Source: Lingula anatina
Lineage: Eukaryota; Animalia; Brachiopoda
Length of the DNA: 64,000 nucleotides
NCBI GenBank assembly: GCA_051362555.1
Contig: CM120640.1
Span: 39,534,788-39,598,787 of the forward strand
Direction of reading: 5' to 3'
Shown piece by piece: positions 28,274 through 42,998 of this stretch. The translations under genes and the position numbers were made by a program. Under the pieces are notes generated by a model that was not told the DNA's origin, searched no databases, and was given only the letters and a program-made list of their open reading frames with translations. The first letter of the stretch is position 1; every line of letters starts with the position of its first letter.

Positions 28274-31200
28274 TCTTTTGCGTGTTTTTTAAGAAACCGT
28301 TAAGCCTTTCTGTGCTTTCTCCTGTCCTTTACGTCTCAAGTGGATATTTCTTCAGTTAAAACTGCTCACGGAGTGACTTGTAAGAATGCTGGTTACCAGA
28401 AGTAGGTACAGTGCACCTTCAGCAGTTCCCCCTTGCCTTCAGTGCTGCCCTCGTCTTTCACGTCGTCTACAAAGCCATTGTTTCTCCAATCACAGTCCTG
28501 GTCGAAATCTCAGTCAATACGGCGCTTCCTGCAGCTTTTATTGGAGTTACGTCTGTGGTGATGAATATAGTGCTAAGCAAATTAGAAATATCCCTTATCA
28601 GTCATAATTAGGTCATTTCTGGATGAAAAATCAATGATAACATTGGTAACATCTTACTCTCTCTTGCACCTGCCGCATATCTGTCCTAGGCACCATGCAA
28701 AGCATCTCCCAGAAAAGAACACTGTGGCTAAGAAAACGTTTACCAAAGTTTCTATAAAAAGCGCAGCAGGTTATTTGCTCCTCTGAGCTATGGGCCCCGA
28801 GGCTGCGCCGTGAACGAAGACACTGACTGTGACGTCATGTTGACAAGAAGGAACTCATCATTTCAGACAAACCTTCACCAAATCCAATAATCTACCACGC
28901 ATTGCGCTGTATGTACGTAAATGCTTGGAGCCTTAGGTGGAGTTCATATTCTGAGAATTCCCTGCAGTAATTGCACAGACATACTCCTGGCAAGTCTACC
29001 TTCGGATGTGTTCTTCCAGCGATAGCGCCACGTGTTATTTAAATGTCACAGGAGTCCGGTGGAGGGCGCTATGATGAGCATGTTATAACAAGTGAAAGTT
29101 AGGCGAAATATTATTCATAAAAACCAAGCTAAAGACAGGAGCATTTACAACGCATTCCCGTGCATTTTGTTTTTACTAAAATACCAAATTCCATGGATAA
29201 TTTTCTATCAATTTCAGACTTTACAGTATGTACGTTTGACTAACACAAACTGCGAAAACTATGGTAGAAGGCTTATTAAAACATGCCATTTCTCTTAACG
29301 TAGTTTCCAAAATTATGTACCATGAAAATAAACTTGATTTTCTGTTGTTGTTAATACTACTTATATTGCCACTGATATATGTGCTAATTATTTAATTCGA
29401 AGAGAGCAACACTTTAAATGAACGGCATCAATGCATAACCCACCATTGGTCAATCATATTCTGTTTTAACACATTTTAAGATATGAAAAGCAAACATTTT
29501 AGAGATATACACATTTTGTTTCAGTTCCTTTCCTTAACTCTCACTCATACTTTGGCACTAATTTCTTCCTCTGCTCGGCGGATATAGACTTCCTGCAAAA
29601 GGGTTTGGAAAAAAATTCCTTTAACCGGCCCATATGTTTTACATATTCTATTTCTCTAGCAGTGTTAGGAGCATAAAAGTCATTAGGCCTTAAAACATTT
29701 TCACCTTAAACTATTGAATAGTGTCAAGTCCGTACCACAGTACAGAGAATATGCCACAGCCATACTTATTTAATTCCTATCTGTTAGTAAAGACAGGTGC
29801 AAATAAGTAAAAGTGATTTCAAATATTCCAGTTTTCACTTTTTTGACAAGCTCTAGAGCCAAATAAGGGAGGTCTCAAACCACTCGGGTATTAACATAAA
29901 TTTTGGATTTGATACTTTTGAGACCACAGAATGAGTTGTGTCGACAAATTGTGTGGTGGCGATACGCTGGTTAAGCCTAAAGATACTATATATGTGCATG
30001 TATTGCCATCAAACCCACAAAGGGATTCAGACACATGACCAAGTTCCACATTGTCCCGCGGTTCTAAATCTCCATTAACCATCCAAAATACAGTTCGATA
30101 TTGGATAAAGATGTGAAAATAATGCAAGTATTCCTACAGGATTGAAGTGAAATAATGAGTCATTGATAACGTTCTTAGCCATAGACCACGAGGATATATA
30201 AGTATATAAATATATACATACGCGGATACTAAAATCAATCAGTGGACGTGGCAATGTTATGGAAATGATAAAGTGACATGTCATGATAATTCACAATATG
30301 AATTTTACGTGTTGTTATAGGAACTACCAGTATCGTCACATAGTTTTTGTCACATAGCCAGCAACGATAGTTTGTAAACCTTGGGTCAAAATCCTTTTGA
30401 ATTGTTTTACGTGGAAAATGATGCAGTATGCAATTTTACAAGATACAGCTGGCCGTTGCTGATATTTGGTAGCGCTTCCCACCGATCTTCCTTCATCAGT
30501 AGGCCTAATACTGAATAAAATGCTGTAGTTGTGAAGTAAGATCGGAGTGCTTTTGTAGTGACATAGTCATTGCGCTCGTTGGGGATTTATCACTACTTTA
30601 CGACCTAGGCCAAAGTGCTTTAGTTGTGGCTTGCATTGCGCCTGGTCATCATTTGGAGTGAAAGCATGATTTTCTAAGATGAAAAAATAATATGAAAGGT
30701 AGGTTATTTGGTTATACATGTAGTATGTGGCATATCTAGTCAGACTACACAGCTCAAGTTCCTCTCTAACACAACATATTTGATTAAATGTTTTTCCTCT
30801 CACATCTGAATTTTGTTGCCAAAAATAACTTTAAAAAATCACACCAAATGGTGAAAATGTTTGAAGTCATTGCCATTTTCTTTAACTTGGAAACGTATAT
30901 ACGACCCAGTCTTCAACTCAACTGTGAAATAATAGTTTTGCTTTCAGTTTGTAATTATCTGGAGCTCCATGGAGGCTATTTCCCGTACTCTTTTACACAC
31001 ACTCGTATATCACCAGAACCATTAGAACGGTTGGTGGTTACATTTTACTCGACTTCAGTATAAAGAAAACACGAGGAAACCATACATTCCTATCGCACCG
31101 TGTCTTATTAAACGTACCCATGGTGTGTTCTTCCTTTTCACGTCTACCAGAAGGATTGACCTTTGACATTGCCAAGCTTCAACCAGAGCTCCACGCTCTA

Positions 31201-31284
31201 ATTCGATACAGGCGAGTTCTACCCTCCATCAGTCTGCTGGTTACAAACGAGTTATAACACACAGACGGGTCAGCAGCCACAGTG

Positions 31285-32531
31285 ATGGCGCTCACCAACA
31301 GAAAGGATCTGTTGGTCGTCTTGGTCCTGTTTAGTGTGGCCAATATAATACTCGGACAGTCACGTAGGACCAAGTTTGACCGGTGTGGACTTACATTCAC
31401 CGTCCCTGGCATTAACTGTGAGGGTTCTCCCAAACTGTTAAAGGTACTGCAGAGGGCCGTGGATAACCAGAGTGATGTCGACAAGAAGAACACCAAACTG
31501 AAAACCAGCGTGGCTGAGCTACAAAAGTTTATAGAAAACTTTAGGGAAACTGTGAACACCGTCAAAGCTGAGGTGGGTGGGCTGAAGAGAGTGGCATTTT
31601 ACCCAGCTCCCAACCCTTTGATATACGGAGCAGACGACACCACAGCAGAAGACCGGACGCTGGCTCCCCCAGACACCACAGACATCGTTATATCTGAGGA
31701 GGCGGGTGAGAAAGGGTTGGAACCGGTGCTAATCAGACGACCTGGGAGGAGACCAGGACCTGATGGTAAAGTGATAATCTCGTTTATGCTGAGAATTGTA
31801 ACTTACAGGATATGACATGGCTTACTGTTTTATAGCAGCCTTACCCAGCAAGGAAATGCAATACGTTCGCTTATACCCAACTAACTCGTACACTTAATTT
31901 TGGCTTTATATTTAAACTTCACACACTCAATATACCAATATACCATAGTGCATTTATTCACAACTTGTGAGACAAAACAGTTATATGTAGTTTAAAAGCT
32001 TTGGAAGTAGGCGTAGACTATATGCGCTAAACCAGAATGTATAATATAAACAAAATCTCTCTGTTCTGAAATTTTCTCTTCTGGAAAAAAATGCAGAAGT
32101 CCTGAAATCAGTTTCTTTTCCTTTATTAGTCACCCATCGTGCTATCCCCGCTATTTCCTCTACTATATTGTTTGTAACATAGACACTGGTGTTGTGATAG
32201 TGTCAATTATACTGCTACACTGGCTCTATACCCAGTCCAAACAGCTGGGGATTCTTCATTTAAATGTAAACATTCGCTCTGAGAAGGGTTTTAAAAACAT
32301 GCCCTATAACTTTAATGGCCCGCCTTTAAATGCCAGCACATGTTTTAACCAGCCGTGGTTCTGTCACGTTCGATATAGTATAAGCAATTATAATGCGTTA
32401 TACAACTGCTGTTTTTTAACACTATTGCTACACTCGATTACGTGAATGCTTTAATTGGATTAGCCTTTCCAAATTAAAGATTGTTATGGTAGAGTGGCAA
32501 TTAGTTTTATTTTTCTTCTGTTTCAGTTTAA
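31285..32531 (+). CDS. Secreted ~161-aa coiled-coil protein with an angiopoietin/ANGPTL/myocilin-type N-terminal Cys motif
   Basis: TATAAA at ~31059 and ATG at 31285. Signal peptide (LLVVLVLFSVANIILG), then RCGLTFTVPGINC, a heptad-like helix and an acidic/Pro-rich tail. Donor G|GTAAAG at 31766; a strong acceptor at 32526 gives V* (TAA 32529-32531); AATAAA at 32763. The 3' exon choice is inferred. Confidence 0.65.
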
Positions 32532-33526
32532 CAAGTATGTTTGAAAGAAACTACCCAACACAGATTTCAAGAGATTCGGTCTGCCGTACCAAGTGATATC
32601 CCAGAGACACCAAGGACTCGTTTACCATATAAAATGTTGAATTTCTAACGTGACTTTTAACAATTCACAAATCCAATACCCAGTTGCGTCGTGTAAGCTG
32701 AATTAGGCAAATACTTTGATGTAATTGCAACATTGCTCGGAAACTATCTCAAATATGAAAACAATAAAATACATCTGTAGAATAACACTCGGTCCTTGTG
32801 CATTACATTAGCCAAATACGAAAACTCCCCAGATTTTTTTAGTTACGAAAATTCGACCGACGCCCGTTAAAATTTGCCGAGGCCGGACTAATTTTCTTAG
32901 AGGCCTGCACTCTCCCTATTCTGTCTACCTGGTCATGGTGTCAGTAATTACTTCAAGTGGTGTAGTGGAGCTGCGCCGGCTTCCAGTCAATCCAAACAAT
33001 TTGAAATAACATTTCTAGACGCTCGTGTGTTTTGCTCAGTGTGACCTCCGTTGCGTCTGGGAGACCAGCGCGTGCCGCTACTGCATGAGATTCACCGCGT
33101 TCCCAGCAAAGTCCAGTGTATGCTAAAAGACTTCTGTGCTCCACATGTTGGTAGGCACCCAGTGCATTTCAACTTAAAACCCATTATGTGTATTGTGTTA
33201 CATACTTGAAAGAAAAAAAAACAGGCACTGGCTTAATGTTTCGTAGAGATAGGATCGTTGACGTTTTTAGAGCCCGTTTGCAAAACTTTCGGTCGTATTC
33301 GTGTAAGTATACACCAACTGTAGGCCCTGTATTGTTAGATAATGTCAAATGTGGAATATACCTACATACCGTGTATATAATGTTAACAATGCTTAAATGT
33401 GTCCGATATTTTAAGGAAATATTTGTACATCACAGCCACATATTAGGAGAACGTTTTCTCTTATCCAGAAAAACGATGAATAGGAGGTCAAATGACGATG
33501 AAGTCCTGTCATTATAATAAAACGGC

Positions 33527-33557
<31 letters not shown>

Positions 33558-36500
33558 ACGCACACACAAGCACACACACGGTCACAGAAACAATCAGATT
33601 ACAAAGTTCACATGCAGATCGTTTTTCGAATATCATTTGGGTATAAATTGTTGTTTTATTTTTCAATTATTTTTTATAACACTTCAGTTCAAAGTTTTAG
33701 GAAGCTGTATTTCATTCGACGATGTCGTCCATATTTGCGGTTACCTGCATTGTAACTGACTATACGTGAAAGCTCAAATAGAGCGTGGCGCATTTTTTAC
33801 CGCTTTTTCTAGTTTCTGAGAATTTCAGAGACCGCTCATTAATGGTATAGTCAAAACTTTAAGGGCCTAACGTTAATAAGTATTGTGCATTAGTACTGAC
33901 AAAAAAAATACATCTCCCTCGTGGTAAACACGTTAATGGCATCTCATCTAAATAAATAACCAATCAATGTATCAATCGAATGATTTCTTCTTTAATGTAA
34001 CTTAAGAAATTCCGTGCCCCGATACAAGTAGCACTAATCTAAAACCCCCTTAATCTTGTCGACATTTAATTACACACGCTACATTACTGATACTTAGACG
34101 TTGGATGTGTTATTATATTAGAGTTGGGAAGTATAACGCGGCCGTGGTGAATAATTTACCACTTGCAAATTAACCCCTTCGATTCAGAATACAGAACTTT
34201 ATTTTAGGTCTCAATTATCAAAAATTAAATGAATAGACAAAAATGGAGGCCTAAAATAGAATGAATGAATTGATTTAAAAGGAGTTTTAGAATTAAATAT
34301 ATACTCGTGTAAATAAACAGCAGGTCTACTTTCAAAACCAACTGCTTTGAGTTTGGATTACAAAAATCACGATAAAAAGAACATAAATCTCATAATTGAA
34401 TGATGATGATGATGACTAAAATTATAACACCAGTTGCATATAGAAAAGGTACACTTCACATATGGTGGCTTGACTATCTACAATGTAAATGCCAGAAAAA
34501 TGCATTTAATGCCTAACATTGGAGTCGTTTGAATCCACGCCCATTTTTAAACTGTAACTCTACCCTCATGCCCATAACCCACCCCAGTGAACCAAAATGT
34601 ATTATTCCTGACCACGGGCTATTCCTGAAGGTTGCAAGGTCCGTGGCAAATACGGACGAAGAAACCGAAATGACGCTGCAAATTAAAACAAATTATGGTA
34701 GCGTGGGCAGGATCCTATCCGTCTTTCTAATTGAATTTAGAGCAATTGATACAGGAAAAATCCCTTTACCACTTAAAGTAAATGACGGAGTATGGGAAAC
34801 ATCTTATTAAATTATTGTATCTATTTTTATCTAGGTTGCACACCATGGTTGATTAAGAAAAAATCAATTTGATCATAGATGTAGTACTTTAAAATGATTA
34901 AAGGGCATTAGCTCATTGCATTGATTATACGAACATTAGGAGAAACAAATATATGAGACGAAGGTACAGTACGTTCTTTTCCTCATTTATCCTCCTCTGT
35001 AATTTCAAACTTGGACCCATCAGGTTCAAACAATGTGAGCAGATCCGCTTAACAGCTCCATCATTTAAGCATGGATCCAGCTCAGTTACAATCAAAACAG
35101 AACGATCGATCAATCCCCAATTACACACACCATTTCGGTTTTGGTAGAGCGTTCATAGTAAATTTACCTAAGATTTAATTTGGCAGAGAAACGCAGGTTC
35201 CGCCCACTGAAAACATTTTTGAAAATCACTTATGCCGATACGTACACCGTTCATTTACTTCCGATATGTTGTATGATGTTTGCATCCCTTGTATTGAGGA
35301 AACTCGGGCATTGGATAAATGAAGGCTGATACGATCAGCGATTGCATCGATTTTCTGGCTCATATTGTGATTTGACAAACTGGAAACCATGCAGTCCGAT
35401 TGCTTTTTAGCACTCGATGTAAAAGAATTAAAACGATTGTTGGATGCAGGATAACGTCTCAGATGAGAATGAAAATAATATGGTTTCTTTACTAACTAAA
35501 AAATTAGAACAAAAGAGACTGATATACGCTGACCTGTTTCCAGCAAAGCAGCTGCTTGAAAAACCTCACTTACTATAAAACTGTTTCAATAAGTGTAAGA
35601 TATTTTTTTAACAAAACTAGTAAAATACATACCTTGGAGGGTTGCTTTGATCATGAGACAATCATGAAATGGCTGTTAGCGTTACTTTTCTTTTATTTCT
35701 CTTTGTAATGATAAGCGCTCGAATAAAATATTTTACAACCTGATTATGTAATGGAATCACCTCCTCACAAACATAATAAAAAAGGAAATATAAGTGATGC
35801 AGGTAAACATTCGTTTGACCCAGCCAAATTAAAAAGTAGTCTTCAAACATGGCATCGTTGAGTTTCAAAATACGATACAGCTTAGAAAACTTGATCAAGA
35901 TGTTCATTTTTTATATTTCAACAGCAAAATGGTATTTCACACATAATATTAGACCTTTCAGTAAGAACTTGGTTAGATATTGTCAAGTATTTCAGCATTA
36001 ACTACTGCATTTAAAGAAGGTGAATTTTGTCAATACGAAGCTGTTTTCATTAAAATGGTAATAGCACTTTTCAGACAAAAAGTAGAGCTATCGTTATATT
36101 TTATTTATCTAGATCTCAACACACATTGTTTCTATTTTGTACTGTTGGCGGCCATTTTCTTCACATTCCGCTTTACTAAAAACGTGATAAATAACAGAAC
36201 AGCTTTGTATTGACAAAATTCGTGTTCTTTGTATGCAGTGGTTAATTATTGAAATACGTGAAAATCCTCAATTTCTAGGCGTATGTTCTGTTGGAGGCAT
36301 CGGGTTGACCAGTGGACTAATTTGGCAGAGACGGGTTCCAGACATGTCTAGATGTTTGGTAGTTCTACATGTATCTTGAAAATTGCAATTAAAACAGACA
36401 TCCGCTACAGTTGCATTAGGTTCAAGTTTCCAGGATTTTTTTGTCTGCAGGATCGATTGTCAAATTAACTTTACCGGTATCTTCTTCGCGTTGAATGTAT

Positions 36501-38171
36501 TTAATTCCTACTGAAAGCTCCGTAACTGCTTTGCTATAAATCAAATCAATCTCAATGACTGACCCTTTAGTAACAGTAACGTAATCGCAGCGATTTTGCT
36601 ACCTATATCGCAAAAAAATTATCTGAATATTGCAGGGTAGCTGAACGCAATAACCCTTTGGTAAATATATCCCCAGCGGATGACAGTCCACGTTAAATTT
36701 GTTTCTGGCGTAGCATCTGGCGATACCATAAAAACAAATGACTATTAGATTAAAACAAGTGATATATCACAAATAGACTGTAGTCTGTGGTCAATTTTAT
36801 ACGATTTCATCGTGCCATAGACGTCTGTTGGCGGCAGCCTTCTAGATCGGTTGGAAAAGCATTAATCTTCAATTTAAAGAAAAAAATGTATGGCTTTAAA
36901 TGCATGACCTTGGTTGTGCAGTATTAAAATTATTTTTGAAATCGTGAAAATTTCACGACTTAAAATTGCGAAAGCTTGTTCGAGGTCTTTTGTTCGTTAC
37001 CCATAGCCTTATTGAATTGATTCCAATTCTTTGTTTTCGTGCATTAATATTGCATATCAGTATTTGGACATTTATATTCTGTATGGAAACATATATGTCC
37101 GCACCATGAGGTACACTGGGAGCATTCAGGCGGTTAGGGGACATTTCATTGCTGGCAGATGCAAACTAACTCAACACACAATTTCCATTCACATTATTTT
37201 CTTTCGCAAAATGTTCATTGGATTTGAGGTATATATACAATTTGCATTTGCATTTGCAGAATCCCTATGCAGGGCTATTGTGTACATCACTTTTCCTTGT
37301 ACATTAATAAACGGAAGCTTAATGTACATGGAAAATCGTGTACGCAATCGGATGTAACTAAAACGATAAAAATTGATTAGGTACAAGATGGTGTCAGAAG
37401 CACTTTGTAAGGATTAAGATAAATCACATTTGATAATACAATCGAAAAAACAAAGTGTTTTAATACATGTACTTTAGTTCAAAAATTCGCCTCGGCATTG
37501 CGCTCATGGCCAATAATAATAATAATACATACATACATACATGTTATAATTCCGAAATAAATTAACTTATTCATTTAAAGTGTTTTTATGTTATTCATCT
37601 CGTTATTGTTATAATTATAGGATAAATAAACGAAAGTACATCAGCTAAAGTTAATGAAAGCTACCAGCACTATGTGACTGTTATTAGCAGGCCATCCATT
37701 GTGTTCCATTCTACTGATTACATAGAAATTCTGACACTCTTCAAATGCGACACCTCTCCTGGGAATGACGCTCCTACTTTACGCCGCTCTCACTTTATTG
37801 ATGCCATTCGAGCACGGAACTTCGTTAGGTGACAGAAGAATCCTGAGCATAAAAAAAAGAGAGAATTAAATCTTTCTGTTCAATCCCCATTAGCTGTCAA
37901 TCGAACTGCTGTGGATGCGTGACGGCATATTTAAGAGTACCATAGACAATTGGACGTCATTTTTAGTTTGTTTCGTGCTAGGCAAAGGGCAGAAGATATG
38001 GATTTTAACATCAAAATTACATGCGCAATATATTTTGTATCATTGTGGATTCAATTGGTTCCACTATATTTTGTCACAGCGAAGGTAAGTCTTTTTATCT
38101 AAGTCTTCTTTTATTGAAAGAAAGTTCCACGGAGTAAAGAGGATGAAACATATTTCAGAGGTTATAGGTAG

Positions 38172-38443
38172 CAGGGGCGGATCCAGGATTATTTCAAGGG
38201 GGATCTGCGGATGCGAAGCCAACCCCCCCCCCCCCCCCCCCTTGGAGTGAAGTTCGGTGGAGGGCCCCAAAAAAATTGGTATTTAAGTGGGCGAACGGTG
38301 CCATTTAGTACGGTTTAGAACTATGATTCAGCTAGTCAAAATTCTAATTTCAAGAGGGGACCATTGGTCTGATTTTTTCAGAAATCGAAGGGGGGGGGGG
38401 GTCAGAACCCCTTGACACCCCCCCTCCCCCGAATCCGCCACTG
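38172..38443. mobile_element. Non-autonomous DNA transposon (MITE), hAT-like CAG...CTG ends
   Basis: Left end CAGGGGCGGATCCAGG and right end CCCGAATCCGCCACTG are imperfect inverted repeats. Internal poly-C/poly-G runs; no clean TSD. Confidence 0.7.
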
Positions 38444-38606
38444 GTTAGATGATGGGAAGTGAAAGTGTGATCTTGTGCTCAGTCTTGACTACATTCCAAA
38501 TAATTCTTAGCGTGACGACTTGAAATGCAATCAGAAAATTACATAATGCACACATCAGTGCGTAACACTGGCGTTTATCCACTACTTTAGATGACATAAA
38601 TATCAT

Positions 38607-38805
38607 ATTAATTTTATCGATTACAAATATATCTTATCGAAGGGTTTGAAGTGGAATTATTGGAAAATACCTAGTAAATGGTTATTTCAACAATATCATG
38701 TTTTTTTAAATTAATTTTATCGATTACAAATATATCTTATCGAAGGGTTTGAAGTGGAATTATTGGAAATACCTAGTAAATGGTTATTTCAACAATATCA
38801 TGTTT
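38607..38805. repeat. Near-perfect ~100-bp tandem duplication
   Basis: ATTAATTTTATCGATTAC...CAATATCATGTTT occurs at 38607 and again at 38710. Confidence 0.9.
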
Positions 38806-41800
38806 TGTTTTCGGTTATTTGCATATAATTATTTACCTTACTTGTAAAATAAAGTCTCATTTCATTTTTTTTTTTCAAAATATGAGTCACATTATAAAAA
38901 GAAAATGTTAAGGTATATTGTCATTTACATTGCTGGACAATACCATAAAACTGCATTGATAACTCCTCTCGCAGCCAAAACCCAAAAGCCTGCTGTTTGG
39001 TCAAGAGGGAGAGTGTGAAACAGGAGTTTTGAAAAAAGAAAGAACCATATCTACAAATAATGTGTAACCATATTTCAAAATCACTTGTACTTCGGTAACA
39101 GTGGTTTTATGATGCAGCATCTGTCCTTCTCCCGACCATATTGGGATGAATACCGAAATATCTATTATCATATGGCCAAGGAATTGTGAATGTGTTACAA
39201 TATAGGGTGGGAACCCTTAGACAGATGTGTGTTGAATAACTATTTTTTCTGATGATAAAAAATCCTCTACTCATTAGCTAGAGGTTACACAAGTTCTGTT
39301 TTGTTTCCCTTATTTTTCATTAAATCCAATTTTCCTCTAGTACACTGTGTAAACAACATATGTGTGTTGACATACCGCTTGCAGTATATGGCTGTGGCAT
39401 CGTCCATAAAATTGCCCACTGACGTGTGTCCAAAATAAACTCATGACGTAGGAACAATTATATATAAAGTACAATAAATACATAAATATGCTAAATATCC
39501 TAAACTACTGCCCCATAGATAAAATAATCCAGCTTATACGCGTGTTCTTTCCATTGCTTTATTAACTGCGTTGTAGCGCACCATTTACGTATGTAATGAC
39601 AAAATGTGGTTGTTAACCTCGTTGACTTCATACCTCACATTTCAGTTCATCTGCACCTCGTGTCTGACACATCTATCTTTAAACCACCTGACTTCCGTGT
39701 TAAGAGTGTTTCACAAATATCTTTGTTTAATTTTGGATTATTTTGCTCATTTTAACATTTTAATTCTTATTTCACGTCTCTGTGTCTGATTTTATAAATT
39801 TGTGAAAGATATCATGGACATTTAACAACTGCAAATAGTTATACATACATACATGTAATTAAATTACTCCAGTATGACAAGTGTAGTAATTTAATTACAA
39901 GTTACACAAACATATAGATTTTTCAAAAGGAGAAAGTAAAAGAGAGAAACACACACGGTGAAAAGAACTGTCATGTTCCATGTATTACAGTTACTCAATA
40001 ATATCGATAAATAGTGACAAATTGCCAGGCAAGCACCTCAGTAGTAATAGCAACTTCAGTCACGTTGATACCCAACCGCATCTCTAGAACTTGTGAGAGC
40101 ATACACGATGTGTTAGACAAAGTATGAGAAGTCGTTCTAAATTATGCTGTCTGAATAAAATGAATTTCGTGAATGTGTGGTTATTGGTCTAAAAACATGA
40201 GCATGTACTGAACAAAACTTCAGAATGACATAGATTTAGAACATAGAAACTGAGGAGATATTTTCGACACAGACTATTTGAGCACTTTTTTCTAGACTTT
40301 GATACATGTATAATATGGATACAGCCTACTATACTCTTAACATTGAAAAAAATCACATTATACCAATTGGAATGGCGACATCATAGAATGATTTAAAACA
40401 TCTCTAATGATCAATGAAACATTTGCTCATTTTTGCCTTTGTGGAAATGAGAGTCGCTTTAAGGATATACACTCTGAAATATAGGTCAGTTTGCTTGAAA
40501 TGCAGACTAATACACACAATTCAAGATTTCTCCCAATTTAGGCTTTATTATTGGGTTTACTTATTATACTGACATATGTAGAGAGACTATGCTGATCAAA
40601 ATATCAATAACTACATTTCCCCTATTTTTTTCAGGGATTCACAGGGGACTCTATCTATTCCAAATGGCGATATTCTAAGTACGGTAAGTTATATACATGT
40701 ATATTCGGCATCTGTGTCCATGCTACACTATTACTGACTGCTTTGTTTCTGTTCCCTCCAGTCCATCCTGAGCAACCCAAACTTTTTTCAAACTTTTTTC
40801 AATATGGTTTTCAGCGGTATTTCCATATTAAAAAATGTCATCAAAATCACACAATGTCGAATTCTATCAGAACCAAATTTAGTTTGGGTTCGAACATAGT
40901 TACCCCTAACCTAAATAATATCTGAAAATGCCCCCCCCCCTCCCGCGGGTAGTAGGCCCGATTATGTCCAGCCCATTGCCACTCGCTCTTCTCCCTTACG
41001 ACTTAGGTCTCTAGCGACGCCTTAATGTTGATTACACGGTGTAATTAATTGACTGCAGTTTATCGACCTTGTCACCGGGCACCTGCTTAACGAAAAGTTA
41101 CGCCCAACCGTCCTTGCACTAGATATGGCTTCAACGACAAGTTTATATTACGCTTGAAATTGGTAAAACGAGGAGGAAGAATGCTTTCGGGCGATAGAAA
41201 CCAATGTGAATGATTATCCGAATGGTTTTCTCCGATTTTTGAAATTTTGAAGGCGATATTTTTGATGAATTGTAGGCCTATTTTACATGTAGGCAATTAA
41301 TGATTCAACCAACGGTGGCACACTTGCTATATAGCATATTCAAATTATCACTTGTTAAAAGACACTTTCCCCCTTGTTCCTTGTTTGACTGCCCCGAACC
41401 TCCTTGGTCACTGGGTGGATTCCGTAGGTGTAAATGCTTACGAGTAAACCCCCGTGTAACGAATGGGAGAAAGCAGCGCTCGAGAAAAACACAGGACGGA
41501 AAATGGAAAAGATAATACCTAGAATCTGAGGTCTCTAGGGACCGGAAAATACATGACCCGTGCCAGAGCTGGGCAATATAAAGAGACATGAGTTGACTGA
41601 TAATTGATAACCAGTGACTGATTTCATCTTTCCCTGACAATAACCATCGAAGCCCAATATCAATTACTTTTCCAGTTCATTGCCAACCTCAGGCTTTTTG
41701 ATGTGACCAGATTTTTATTTGAAATGCCTTCCAATAGGTCATGTCAGGTTAATATGTTTAAAGCTCCACATTGATAAATGTATGTACAATTTACAGCATG

Positions 41801-42780
41801 TTTTGATAAAAGTGAAATATCTTATGTGGAGATATGTAATGAACATTGATTTTGTGTATTTAGAATTTAATTTGGTTTTCGGGTTTGTCAGTTTTGTCAG
41901 TCTCCATTAGTAGCAGCACGGGTCAGTAATTCAAGACTGCTATATACCTGTATACAGTATAGCCTACCTGTGCCGGTACATGCATCATCCCAAAATAGGC
42001 ACGTCTACTAAAATAGGTACGTTATTCGATTGAAAAGATCAAAAAGCAGCGAATTTTAGCTTGTTCGGCAAATTTTTATTTCAAAACATATCTCAATAAT
42101 ATCATTGAATTAAGAAATGACCGAAATCAGGTAGTCAAAAAACGGGGGTGGCATGAGAATATATGTATGTTACTCTCGCCAAATACGCGGTATTTCCATA
42201 TTAAAAAATGTCATCAAAATCACACATTCTAAGTCATCATATCATCCTAATTATTGTTTCGAACTTCAAATAATTAATTTAGAGTTCCCTTTTGAAATGT
42301 TGAATGAAGATTCATTTTACTTGCCGGTTATCAGTAGAATACACATCTGAACCTAATTCGGCAAATGAACTATTTTTGCAGGACACATGTATCTATAAAA
42401 GCTTTACGTACAGATATCCCGTGTAGCAAAACATTAAGAGCGCAATCCGTAAGTGACAATGTTCCTAGAGTCCTTCAAGGTTATGGTCTACCTAACGTCA
42501 ATATTAAGACGAGCAACAGCTTTTGTGAAACATGCAACTGCACTATTTATAACAATAATGCTTTTAGGCGTACGTCCGCGTCACACGCGTGTCACGGAAT
42601 CATAAACAAATGTAATGATTCCGTATTTAATTGGACCCAAGTGAGTTCTTAATGTAGTTGAATTGGCCTTTTTAAGGGGAAATACAATGGTTTCATTGCG
42701 CTATTACTCAATATTTGACTGGTGTCCTTTACAGAGTTTTGTGATCGACTACATAAATTAATTAAGTTTTTAAGCACCGA

Positions 42781-42998
42781 AAAGAATATCGATTTAAAAA
42801 GTGAGATCTCTCTTTATCAGCTTATCTTAGACTTATTATGTGATAATACAGATGTAATGGTCTCTATCTTTTATAAGGTAGGTTTTTCAGCCCCTGAAAG
42901 AATATCGATGTAAAAAGTGAGAGCTCTCTTTATCAGCTCATCTTAGACTAATTGTGTGATAATTCAGATGTATTGGTCTCTTTATCGTTTATAAGGTA
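42781..42998. repeat. Diverged ~100-bp tandem duplication
   Basis: AAAGAATATCGAT...TTATAAGGTA at 42781-42880 and 42897-42998. Confidence 0.88.

Noticed and set aside
32956-33010. tRNA/SINE-like A box (TGGTGTAGTGG)
   Set aside because: No B box (GTTCRA) and no cloverleaf.
38607-38805. Direct repeats as a CRISPR-like array
   Set aside because: Only two ~100-bp units with no spacers, in a eukaryotic context.
39604-39789. Hydrophobic ORF as the protease signal-peptide exon
   Set aside because: No convincing donor in a phase compatible with the downstream exons; left unresolved.
39854-39899. Perfect 15-bp AT-rich inverted repeat
   Set aside because: GTAAT/ATTAC motif typical of decayed MITE pieces; too short and AT-rich to claim an RNA gene.
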